This document shows, one piece after another, positions 1 to 7,257 of a stretch of DNA of 32,000 nucleotides (positions within the stretch are counted from its first letter, which is position 1; every line of letters starts with the position of its first letter). Below the pieces are notes generated by a model, which did not search any database, was not told where the DNA came from, and saw nothing but the letters and a program-made list of their open reading frames with translations. This DNA comes from Acaryochloris marina MBIC11017 (GTDB taxonomy: Bacteria; Cyanobacteriota; Cyanobacteriia; Thermosynechococcales; Thermosynechococcaceae), in assembly GCF_000018105.1 (NCBI RefSeq), contig NC_009925.1:4620001-4652000 (forward strand), in the 5' to 3' direction. A program made the position numbers and the translations under genes.

Positions 1-33
1 CATAAGGTTATTTCGATTACGGAGTCAAACGAC

Positions 34-186
34 ATGAGTACACAAAATCCAATTTGGGGCTTCACCGATTTTGCAGAGACTTTTGGTGGTCGTCTAGCAA
101 TGATGGGATTCTTCCTGGCCCTTGTAACTGAAGTCATGACTGGTCAAGGAATTGTCGGTCAAGTTGCCGCTTTACTACATTTCTAA
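34..186 (+). CDS. hli: High-light-inducible protein (HLIP/Scp, one-helix CAB family), 50 aa; below the ORF-track length cutoff
   Basis: ATG at 34, TAA at 184-186. Hand translation is MSTQNPIWGFTDFAETFGGRLAMMGFFLALVTEVMTGQGIVGQVAALLHF. It has one hydrophobic helix with the CAB-type AExxxGRxAMxGF motif. A hairpin plus T-tract follows. Confidence 0.8.
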   Translation: MSTQNPIWGFTDFAETFGGRLAMMGFFLALVTEVMTGQGIVGQVAALLHF

Positions 187-252
187 ATTAAAGCTGGGGT
201 AGCTTGCGAAACATATAGCTACCCTCAATATTCTCTTCTTCCTTGTCTTTTA

Positions 253-279
253 GCCCCAGCTTCTCGCTGGGGTCTTTTA
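253..279 (+). terminator. Rho-independent terminator after hli
   Basis: Stem CCCCAGC (254-260) pairs with GCTGGGG (266-272), loop TTCTC, followed by TCTTTTA. Confidence 0.5.
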
Positions 280-307
280 TATCCACTAATTCCAAGTTTC
301 CGTAGAC

Positions 308-1264
308 ATGAAAAATTCATCTGTGAGCAAAGATTCTATTACGACCTATCTGCGAGAGATCGGCCGCTTCCCTCTGTTGAATCATGAAGAGGAAATTATC
401 TTTGGTAAGCAGGTGCAACGGTTTGTAGCTTTGCAAGATCTCAAGCAAGATCTGCAAGAGCACCTAGATCGGGAACCGACCCAGGCCGAATGGGCAGATA
501 AAGCTGAGATATCGGTCTCACAACTACAGAAAGAGCTGAAGTTAGGCCATAAAGCCAATCGCAAAATGGTGGAATCCAATTTGCGTCTAGTGGTCTCGAT
601 TGCCAAGAAGTACAACAAAGCGAAAGTTGAATTTTTGGATTTGATTCAAGAAGGCACGATTGGCTTGCAACGGGGTGTCGAAAAGTTTGACCCGATGAAA
701 GGCTATCGCTTTTCTACCTATGCCTACTGGTGGATTCGTCAAGCCATGACCCGTGCGATCGCAGAACAAGAACGAACCATTCGCTTACCGATTCACATCA
801 ATGAAAAACTTAGTAAGCTGCGCAAGGTCAGACGCCAGCTGTCGCAAAAGCTCCATCGCGACCCCACTGTGCAAGAGCTAGCGGTAGAGATGGACCTTGC
901 TCCTAAAAAGATTGAAGACTATCTCAACTACGCTCGTCGCTCGATCTCGTTAGATATTCAGATTGGTGATCAGCAAAATACAGAGCTATGGGAGTTACTC
1001 GAAGATCCCAATGAATCGCCCGACACCTATGTCACGGCCTCTTCTCTGCGATCTGATTTAGCCAAGCTGCTTCAAGATCTCAGCCCGCAACAGCGAGAAG
1101 TGATTACTTTACGATACGGCCTGATTGATCAAAATCCCTTGACCTTAGCGAAGGTGGGTGAGCGTCTGAACGTTAGCCGGGAGTGGGTCCGCCGGGTAGA
1201 GCGGGAAGCCTTTAAGATTTTGCGATCGCAAAAAGTGATGCTGCAAGAATATATGGCGATTTAG
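308..1264 (+). CDS. Group-2 (RpoD-like) sigma-70 factor, 318 aa
   Basis: Region 1.2 YLREIGRFPLLNHEEEIIFGK; region 2 NLRLVVSIAKKY...DLIQEGTIGLQRGVEKFDPMKGYRFSTYAYWWIRQAMTRAI; region 3 RTIRLPIHINEKL; region 4 LTLAKVGERLNVSREWVRRVEREA. The short N-terminus fits a non-essential group-2 sigma. The paralogue (SigB-E) cannot be assigned by eye. Confidence 0.9.
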   Translation: MKNSSVSKDSITTYLREIGRFPLLNHEEEIIFGKQVQRFVALQDLKQDLQEHLDREPTQAEWADKAEISVSQLQKELKLGHKANRKMVESNLRLVVSIAKKYNKAKVEFLDLIQEGTIGLQRGVEKFDPMKGYRFSTYAYWWIRQAMTRAIAEQERTIRLPIHINEKLSKLRKVRRQLSQKLHRDPTVQELAVEMDLAPKKIEDYLNYARRSISLDIQIGDQQNTELWELLEDPNESPDTYVTASSLRSDLAKLLQDLSPQQREVITLRYGLIDQNPLTLAKVGERLNVSREWVRRVEREAFKILRSQKVMLQEYMAI

Positions 1265-1328
1265 CTACGAGAATGCGGCCCGCCTCCCACCATTAGTTAC
1301 TTTCAATTGTGTAGGGGTTGATTCCCTG

Positions 1329-1396
1329 CTGCTTGCAGCGAAGAAATGGGATACGGTTTGGTAGCAAATCGTATTTCATACCCCGTCTGCTTGCAG
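1329..1396. repeat. Two copies of the imperfect palindrome CTGCTTGCAG, 58 nt apart, in the sigma-factor 3' region
   Basis: CTGCTTGCAG at 1329-1338 and 1387-1396. The second copy sits inside a hairpin ATACCCC...GGGGTAT. Function unknown. Confidence 0.4.
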
Positions 1397-1718
1397 TGGG
1401 GTATTTGATTCATGCCGGGGGCTAGGTTACTCCAGCTCATCTTTATTCAGTTCACAATACTGTTACATTAACTGTGTTCTATGTAAAAGCTTTACAAAAG
1501 TAGACTATAAAAATACTTAAATCACCACATCAGTACATCTTATTAAACTATTTATGATGCTGATTATCAGGAAAATATAGATAAAAGTGGCTATTTATTT
1601 GCTTAAAAGCTCAAATAAAGTTCTTTTTGATGACTTGAATTCATCTTAATTAAATTTGAACTATTTTTTAGCTAAATAAGCTTTGACTCAGAGACCCTAC
1701 AGAAAGTCAAGTTAAATC

Positions 1719-1747
1719 TTGACATTTTGTAACACTTTGATTAATAT
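1719..1747 (+). promoter_or_regulatory. Near-consensus sigma-70 promoter for the pgr5-like gene
   Basis: TTGACA (1719-1724), 17-nt spacer, TAATAT (1742-1747). GGAG at 1771-1774 lies 6 nt before the ATG at 1781. It sits at the end of a ~330-bp AT-rich tract. Confidence 0.45.
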
Positions 1748-1780
1748 AGTTAACATAGCGTTACATTTACGGAGTCTGTT

Positions 1781-1978
1781 ATGTTTGCACCTATCGTTGT
1801 TCTTACTCGCACTGCTGTTGGTACCCCCCGATTCACCAAACTCAGAGGCAAAGCGATCGCTCTGCATTCAAAAGCCATTACCAACTTCTGCAATCAAGTC
1901 GGTATTGAACGGACTCAGCGCCAAAATTGGATTCGTCTTGCCCGCGATAACGGCAAGCGCTTAGGTCTCCTTGCCTAA
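1781..1978 (+). CDS. pgr5: PGR5 (proton gradient regulation 5) homologue, 65 aa, Ssr2016-like
   Basis: MFAPIVVLTR..RF..LRGKAIALHS.AITNFCN.VG....QRQN.IRLA..NGKRLGLLA is collinear with the conserved core of plant PGR5 (LFAPLVVVTRNLVGKKRFNQLRGKAIALHSQVITEFC...QRQGLIRLAKKNGERLGFLA), as I recall it. Confidence 0.85.
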   Translation: MFAPIVVLTRTAVGTPRFTKLRGKAIALHSKAITNFCNQVGIERTQRQNWIRLARDNGKRLGLLA

Positions 1979-2120
1979 GCTGACTCAATCCCTCCCCACC
2001 CGAAACATTGATATATTGCTTGTCCTAGTTGAATCTTTTCCAAAATCGATAGGATGAAGACAATTGCTTTCAAGCCTTAGAGATTTAATCTCCGCCTTAC
2101 TCCCCTGACGACTCTCAACC

Positions 2121-2372
2121 ATGAACTATTCTGCTCAAACCAAGCTAATTCGTTACTTGCGGGAAGAGCTGCTGATCCCGTCTGATGCGATCGCACTTGC
2201 GATCCGCCAGCAACATAATCTTTCGAGTCAACTTCCCATTATTCTTTGGCAGTTCGGCTTTATCACCATTCAGCAGCTAGACCAAGTGTTTGAATGGCTA
2301 GAACAGACTAGAGTCTTTGAATGGGGTGGGAGCTTCTCCGGCCACCTGAACCAGCAATGTATCAAGCATTAG
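2121..2372 (+). CDS. Small conserved cyanobacterial protein, probably DUF2949 family, 83 aa
   Basis: ATG start, ends 10 nt before ftsH. The pattern [22 protein letters not shown]...[24 protein letters not shown] resembles DUF2949 as I remember it. The family call is tentative. Confidence 0.55.
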   Translation: MNYSAQTKLIRYLREELLIPSDAIALAIRQQHNLSSQLPIILWQFGFITIQQLDQVFEWLEQTRVFEWGGSFSGHLNQQCIKH

Positions 2373-2382
2373 GGAACGAACC

Positions 2383-4278
2383 ATGCCGATCAAAGATAAG
2401 CCTCAACGTCCCCGTCCAAACGTCGTTACAAGTCTACTGCTATTTTTACCAGCCATCTTGTTAATTGCGAATTTGGCTCTCCCCTTTGTCATGGGACCTA
2501 GAGTGCCCCGGGTACCTTACAGCTTCTTTATTGAACAAGTTCGTGACGAGCAGGTTGCCCGAGTTTCCGTGGGCCAAAAATTGATTCGCTACCAGCTTAA
2601 AGATGACACGGCTGAAGAGTCAAAAATCTTAGAAACTACCCCAATATTCGACCTAGAGCTGCCCAAGCTTCTGGAATCCAAAGGCGTCGAATTCGCTGCC
2701 ACCCCACCCCCCAGCAACCGCTGGTTCACCACCTTACTGAGTTGGGTTATTCCCCCCGTCATCTTCGTCGCCATCTTCCAATTCTTTAGTCGAGGTGGCA
2801 TCGGTGGTGGTGGTCCCCAAGGAGCCCTCTCCGTCACCAAAAACAAAGCCAAAGTCTACGTCGAAGGCGATGACAACAAAGTCACCTTTGATGACGTCGC
2901 AGGCGTTGAAGAATCCAAAACCGAACTTGAAGAAATCGTCGAATTCCTCAAATCTCCCCAACGCTTCACCGAAATTGGAGCCAAGATTCCCAAAGGTGTC
3001 CTTCTTGTAGGCCCTCCCGGAACTGGTAAAACCTTAATGGCCAAAGCCGTTGCTGGCGAAGCAGGCGTTCCCTTCTTCAGTATCTCTGGTTCAGAATTTG
3101 TGGAACTGTTTGTCGGTACCGGTGCTGCTCGAGTCCGTGACCTGTTCGAACAAGCTAAAAAGAAAGCTCCTTGCATCATCTTTATTGACGAACTTGATGC
3201 CATCGGTAAATCTCGAGCAGGTGGAAATGGCTTCGTTGGTGGTAATGACGAACGCGAGCAAACCCTCAATCAGCTGCTCACCGAAATGGATGGCTTTGGA
3301 GCCGGAGATGCCACCGTTATCGTCCTAGCTGCTACCAACCGTCCTGAAACCTTAGACCCCGCCCTTCTGCGTCCCGGTCGCTTTGACCGCCAAGTCCTCG
3401 TCGACCGTCCCGACCTCAGCGGTCGTCTGGCCATCCTGGAAATCTACGCCAAGAAAGTCAAACTGGGTGACAACGTCGACCTTAAAGCCATGGCTACCCG
3501 TACCCCAGGCTTTGCTGGAGCAGACCTCGCTAACTTAGTGAATGAAGCCGCCCTACTTGCTGCTCGTCGAGACAGCAAGGTCGTTGAGACTCAAGACTTT
3601 GCCGAAGCCATTGAGCGCGTCGTTGCTGGACTAGAGAAAAAGAGCCGTGTCCTCAACGACAAAGAGAAGAAGATTGTCGCTTATCACGAAGTTGGTCATG
3701 CCCTCGTTGGCGCCAAGATGTCTGGAACTGACCAAGTCGAGAAGATATCTATCGTTCCCCGCGGCATGGCAGCCCTAGGCTACACCCTCCAGGTGCCGAC
3801 AGAAGATCGGTTCTTATTGAATGAGTCAGAACTCAAAGGTCAAATTGCCACACTCTTAGGTGGACGAGCTGCAGAAGAAGTCATCTTTGGCAGCATCACT
3901 ACCGGAGCCTCCAATGACTTACAGCGAGCCACGGACTTAGCCGAGCAAATGGTCACCTCCTATGGCATGAGTGAAGTGTTAGGGCCCCTGGCTTATGACA
4001 AAGGTCAGCAGAATAACTTCCTCGGTGGCGGTATGAATGCGAGACGAATGGTGAGTGATGAAACGGCTAAGGCCATTGATAAGGAAGTCAAGGGCATTGT
4101 CGAAACCGCTCATCAGGAAGCTCTGAGTATTCTCAAGGAGAATAAGGAACTGTTGGAGACCATCTCTGAGCAGCTACTGGAGTCAGAGGTGATTGAAGGC
4201 GAAGGTCTGCGACAGATGCTGGCTAAGGTTCATCCTGAATCCCATGTCCAGGCTACTGAAGAGCCCGTCACGCTCTAG
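2383..4278 (+). CDS. ftsH: ATP-dependent zinc metalloprotease FtsH, 631 aa
   Basis: Two N-terminal TM segments; Walker A GPPGTGKT; Walker B IIFIDELD; SRH region [20 protein letters not shown]; zinc motif HEVGHAL. The N-terminal [11 protein letters not shown] segment resembles the FtsH4-type paralogue (from memory only). Confidence 0.95.
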   Translation: MPIKDKPQRPRPNVVTSLLLFLPAILLIANLALPFVMGPRVPRVPYSFFIEQVRDEQVARVSVGQKLIRYQLKDDTAEESKILETTPIFDLELPKLLESKGVEFAATPPPSNRWFTTLLSWVIPPVIFVAIFQFFSRGGIGGGGPQGALSVTKNKAKVYVEGDDNKVTFDDVAGVEESKTELEEIVEFLKSPQRFTEIGAKIPKGVLLVGPPGTGKTLMAKAVAGEAGVPFFSISGSEFVELFVGTGAARVRDLFEQAKKKAPCIIFIDELDAIGKSRAGGNGFVGGNDEREQTLNQLLTEMDGFGAGDATVIVLAATNRPETLDPALLRPGRFDRQVLVDRPDLSGRLAILEIYAKKVKLGDNVDLKAMATRTPGFAGADLANLVNEAALLAARRDSKVVETQDFAEAIERVVAGLEKKSRVLNDKEKKIVAYHEVGHALVGAKMSGTDQVEKISIVPRGMAALGYTLQVPTEDRFLLNESELKGQIATLLGGRAAEEVIFGSITTGASNDLQRATDLAEQMVTSYGMSEVLGPLAYDKGQQNNFLGGGMNARRMVSDETAKAIDKEVKGIVETAHQEALSILKENKELLETISEQLLESEVIEGEGLRQMLAKVHPESHVQATEEPVTL

Positions 4279-4297
4279 CCCTGGTTGAAATCCCTAA

Positions 4298-4337
4298 GCA
4301 AAAGCCCTCCACTGAAAATGTGGAGGGCTTTTGCTTT
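4298..4337. terminator. Shared hairpin terminator between the convergent ftsH and coiled-coil/TPR genes
   Basis: Perfect 14-bp stem: GCAAAAGCCCTCCA (4298-4311) pairs with TGGAGGGCTTTTGC (4321-4334). The loop is 9 nt, and TTT follows on the + strand. Confidence 0.6.
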
Positions 4338-4347
4338 AGATGGATTA

Positions 4348-6897
4348 TTAGCGGTTGACCAGTTCACGGAACCATTCATCCTCACGGAAATCAACGAATT
4401 GAGGATCACTACGGGCTTGTTCTCGGAAGCTGGGATTCAGTTTAATAGCCCGCTCGAGATTTTCTAAGCTTAAGGCTGTCTCCCCTTGGAGGACATAGCA
4501 GACTGCCTTGCCATAGTAGGCATTGGGGTAATCTGCATTTATTTCTAAGGCTTTATTCAAGCTGATCAGGGCTTCGCGATCCCGTTCTAGCTTGATCAGA
4601 GCATAGCCTCGATGACTCCAGGCTTTGTAGGCCTCGGGCTTATGAGTCACGGTATGTTCAAAGGACTCAAACGCATCTTCGTGGCGTTCGAGGACTTGTA
4701 AGGCTAACCCCCGGTTTAGCCAGGCTGCAGCATCCTCAGCCTCATGTTGAACCACATGATCAAATGAGGCAAAGGCGTCTTCATGGCGTTGGAGGGTGCC
4801 CATCACGAATCCACGATTCATCCAGGCATTGCGATGGTTCGGTTCAATCTCAATCACACGGTCATAGGCAGCAAGGGCTTCATCCCAGCGCTGAAGGCGC
4901 TCCAGCAGAGTGCCACAGTCCATCCAGTTTTGTGTCTCTTCTGGCTGCAGTTTTGTTGCTTCTTTGAAAGCCCCGAGCGCACCTTCATATCGCTGTAAAT
5001 CTTTCAGAACTTGGCCTCGGCGCTGCCACAGCTGGGGGTCTTCAGGGGTTAGCTCAATCGCCTTATCTAGGGAGCCAACAGCCTCTTCAAACAGCTTTAG
5101 CCCTCTCTGTGCTTCGGCCCGCTGACACCATAGTTGAGGGTCATCGGCTTTTAACTCCAGGGCTTGATTATAGGCAGAGAGGGCCTGACGGAAATTGCTG
5201 TCTGCGAGGTGCTCATCTCCTTGACGGATATAGTCCGCAACATCCAGGAACAAATCAGGATGATTAGCCTGTAATCGCTCTAAAGGTCCCAATGCCGTCT
5301 GCAATTTCTGATCGATTTCTGCTACGGCATCTCCGGCGATCTGGGCTGGGGATAGGGCTGCGAGCTGTTGGAGAATCTGATCTTTGCGAGCTTGGGCATT
5401 TGTTGTAATGGCCGCCAGATCTTGTTCTGTTTTCGCTTCTATGGCCTGTAGGGACTGCTGGGTTTGATCTTGGGACCCTTGTAAATTCGTTTTTAGATCC
5501 GCTAACTGATTGGACACCTGTAAGGTCAGGGCTTCGAGATCTTGGACTGCTTGTTCTTGGGTGGTTTGAACCTCTGTCTTTAGATCTGCCAGCAGAGTCG
5601 AGGCATTGTCAGTCAGAGCCTGAACATCGGCTAGGGCATTGGTCTTTTCAGTCTCCAACTGAGTTCTGTAGTTGAACAGCTGAGTCGAGAATTCAGACTC
5701 TTGTACCTGAAGCCGTTGCAAGGTCTCACTGGCCTGGGTTTGAAAGGTCTCTTGGGCTTCAGTGAGCTGACGCGTAATCTCAGTGCCGACCTGTTTGAGG
5801 CGTACCAGGAAGGACTCTTTCTTTTCGTTCGCCTTCACCTGCAGCTGGCCTTCAATCTCCTCTAACTGGGGGGTGAAATCACTTTCTAGCTGTTTGAGGT
5901 TTTGTAAAATCAGTTCCCACTGTTTACGAGCTTCTTGCTGGAGGTCAGACAGTTGGGTGACATATTCGGCTTTAGAAGTGGCAAGATAGCCAATTAAGGT
6001 TTCTTTCTCCGTTTGGGCAACGGCTTGTAGAGCCGACATTTGCGGCCCAAAATCATTGCTCATCTTTTCAACCCGCGTCAGGATCTTGTCTCGTTCCTGC
6101 TCGCTTTTATCCAGAAGTTGGGACAATTGGGTTTTGAAATCCGTCTCAGACTGCTTCAGGCGGTTTAGAAATTCTGTTTTTTGCGATTGAGCATCCACCT
6201 CAACTGTAAACAGCTGGGGTTCAATCTCTTCGCCGAGGCGTTTGAGATGGGCCAGAATCGTTTCTTGTTCGGTTCTCAGTTCCGTATCTAAAGTGGCAAA
6301 TTTAGTGGTTGAATCAGATTCAAAAGTTGCGATCGCAGCTTCCGTATCCGTCAAGGACCCTTCGATTTTATTGAGGATCTGCTGTTGCTTGGTGGAAAAT
6401 TCCGCCAGCATATCTGACAACCGCTGGCGCTTACTGGTTAAGTCTTGATGAAACTGCTCCGACTCTTGATGTAAATCGGCATCCAGATCTTCTGCCTTTT
6501 GCAGAATCACTTCTACGGCATCCGCCGCATCCGCCAGATGTCCTTTTAAATCTCGCATCTCCCGCAGGTGCTTTTGCACCACCTCCGCGACTTCATGAAC
6601 GACGGCGCGGCGAAGCAAAATCAAGCTGGCAATGGCCGTGGCTAGGATCAATCCCAGCACCACCAAAAACCAGTTAAATAAGGTGGTGGTTTGATTGACG
6701 GCTTGAGTCGCCTCCGCCTGGGCTTGTTTTTGGCCTTCCCGTTCTTTACGCAGCTCTTGCAGGAGCCGCTCAATCTCTTGCGGATCTGTACTAGGGGCAG
6801 TGGGTGATGAAGAAGTCTGGGCCAGGGCAGGACTCAAGAGCAACGTCGAGAGAACAACGCTAAACCAAATCGATGTGCTGAGAGTTTTGGATTTCAT
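4348..6897 (-). CDS. Membrane-anchored coiled-coil protein with 29-residue repeats and a C-terminal TPR array, 849 aa
   Basis: ATG with GAGGAAG upstream. Signal-peptide-like N-terminus ending ALAQ. TM helix at about aa 72-95, followed by RR. A long Q/E/L/T-rich helical region follows. About 8 TPR units occupy the last ~300 aa (e.g. AWMNRGFVMGTLQRHEDAFASFDHVVQHEAEDA). Confidence 0.8.
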   Translation of the reverse strand: MKSKTLSTSIWFSVVLSTLLLSPALAQTSSSPTAPSTDPQEIERLLQELRKEREGQKQAQAEATQAVNQTTTLFNWFLVVLGLILATAIASLILLRRAVVHEVAEVVQKHLREMRDLKGHLADAADAVEVILQKAEDLDADLHQESEQFHQDLTSKRQRLSDMLAEFSTKQQQILNKIEGSLTDTEAAIATFESDSTTKFATLDTELRTEQETILAHLKRLGEEIEPQLFTVEVDAQSQKTEFLNRLKQSETDFKTQLSQLLDKSEQERDKILTRVEKMSNDFGPQMSALQAVAQTEKETLIGYLATSKAEYVTQLSDLQQEARKQWELILQNLKQLESDFTPQLEEIEGQLQVKANEKKESFLVRLKQVGTEITRQLTEAQETFQTQASETLQRLQVQESEFSTQLFNYRTQLETEKTNALADVQALTDNASTLLADLKTEVQTTQEQAVQDLEALTLQVSNQLADLKTNLQGSQDQTQQSLQAIEAKTEQDLAAITTNAQARKDQILQQLAALSPAQIAGDAVAEIDQKLQTALGPLERLQANHPDLFLDVADYIRQGDEHLADSNFRQALSAYNQALELKADDPQLWCQRAEAQRGLKLFEEAVGSLDKAIELTPEDPQLWQRRGQVLKDLQRYEGALGAFKEATKLQPEETQNWMDCGTLLERLQRWDEALAAYDRVIEIEPNHRNAWMNRGFVMGTLQRHEDAFASFDHVVQHEAEDAAAWLNRGLALQVLERHEDAFESFEHTVTHKPEAYKAWSHRGYALIKLERDREALISLNKALEINADYPNAYYGKAVCYVLQGETALSLENLERAIKLNPSFREQARSDPQFVDFREDEWFRELVNR
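5368..6339 (-). repeat. Eleven degenerate ~29-residue (87-nt) tandem repeat units inside the coiled-coil gene
   Basis: Unit starts are at residues 187, 216, 245, 274, 303, 332, 365, 394, 423, 452 and 484. Recurring core is xRLKQxExxFxxQL...(I/L)L, e.g. NRLKQSETDFKTQL, QNLKQLESDFTPQL, QRLQVQESEFSTQL. Confidence 0.7.
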
Positions 6898-7257
6898 CAG
6901 ATCTTCCTCACCTGGGTGGGGTTTGCGATCACCTTCATATATAAGGTAATCAAAATTGAGACGGGTGCTTGCTGTGTACCTAACATAGTAAGGGCCTAAG
7001 GAGCAAGTTCCTCTGCCCCTTCGATTCCCGTAAGCGCATGAATATCTTGAGAGTTAGCGGTGCATCATGGATCATGGGAGTGAACTCAATCTAGTCTTGG
7101 CAACCTGTCATTTTATTCTTTAACTCGGATAAAATTTGCCATAAAATAACACAGTGGCTAGACTTGGGCTTTACCGTTCATATCAGACTCAACGTCAACC
7201 TCAACTAGACTTCGAGTGTATCGTCTTTCTCAATAGCAGCCCGCACTGCTCAATTTA

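Noticed and set aside
1731-1766. Possible NtcA-type site (GTA-N8-TAC) near the pgr5 promoter
   Set aside because: GTAAC...GTTAC occurs, but with the wrong spacing. No GTA-N8-TAC match was found.
1719-1964. 81-aa ORF overlapping the pgr5-like gene in another frame
   Set aside because: It starts at a TTG that is part of the -35 hexamer and has a low-complexity Leu-rich product. The 65-aa frame has clear PGR5 similarity and a GGAG ribosome-binding site.
2589-3328. Several 70-137-aa ORFs on both strands inside ftsH (2589-2852, 2734-2961, 2795-3010, 2856-3269, 3050-3328)
   Set aside because: They are shadow frames of a strongly supported FtsH coding region, with biased, low-complexity products.
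4285-4467. 60-aa + strand ORF after ftsH
   Set aside because: It spans the terminator hairpin and the 3' end of the convergent TPR gene, and has no start context.
4764-6448. 67-71-aa + strand ORFs inside the coiled-coil/TPR gene
   Set aside because: They are antisense shadow ORFs. The minus-strand frame has a signal peptide, a TM helix, regular repeats and TPR motifs.
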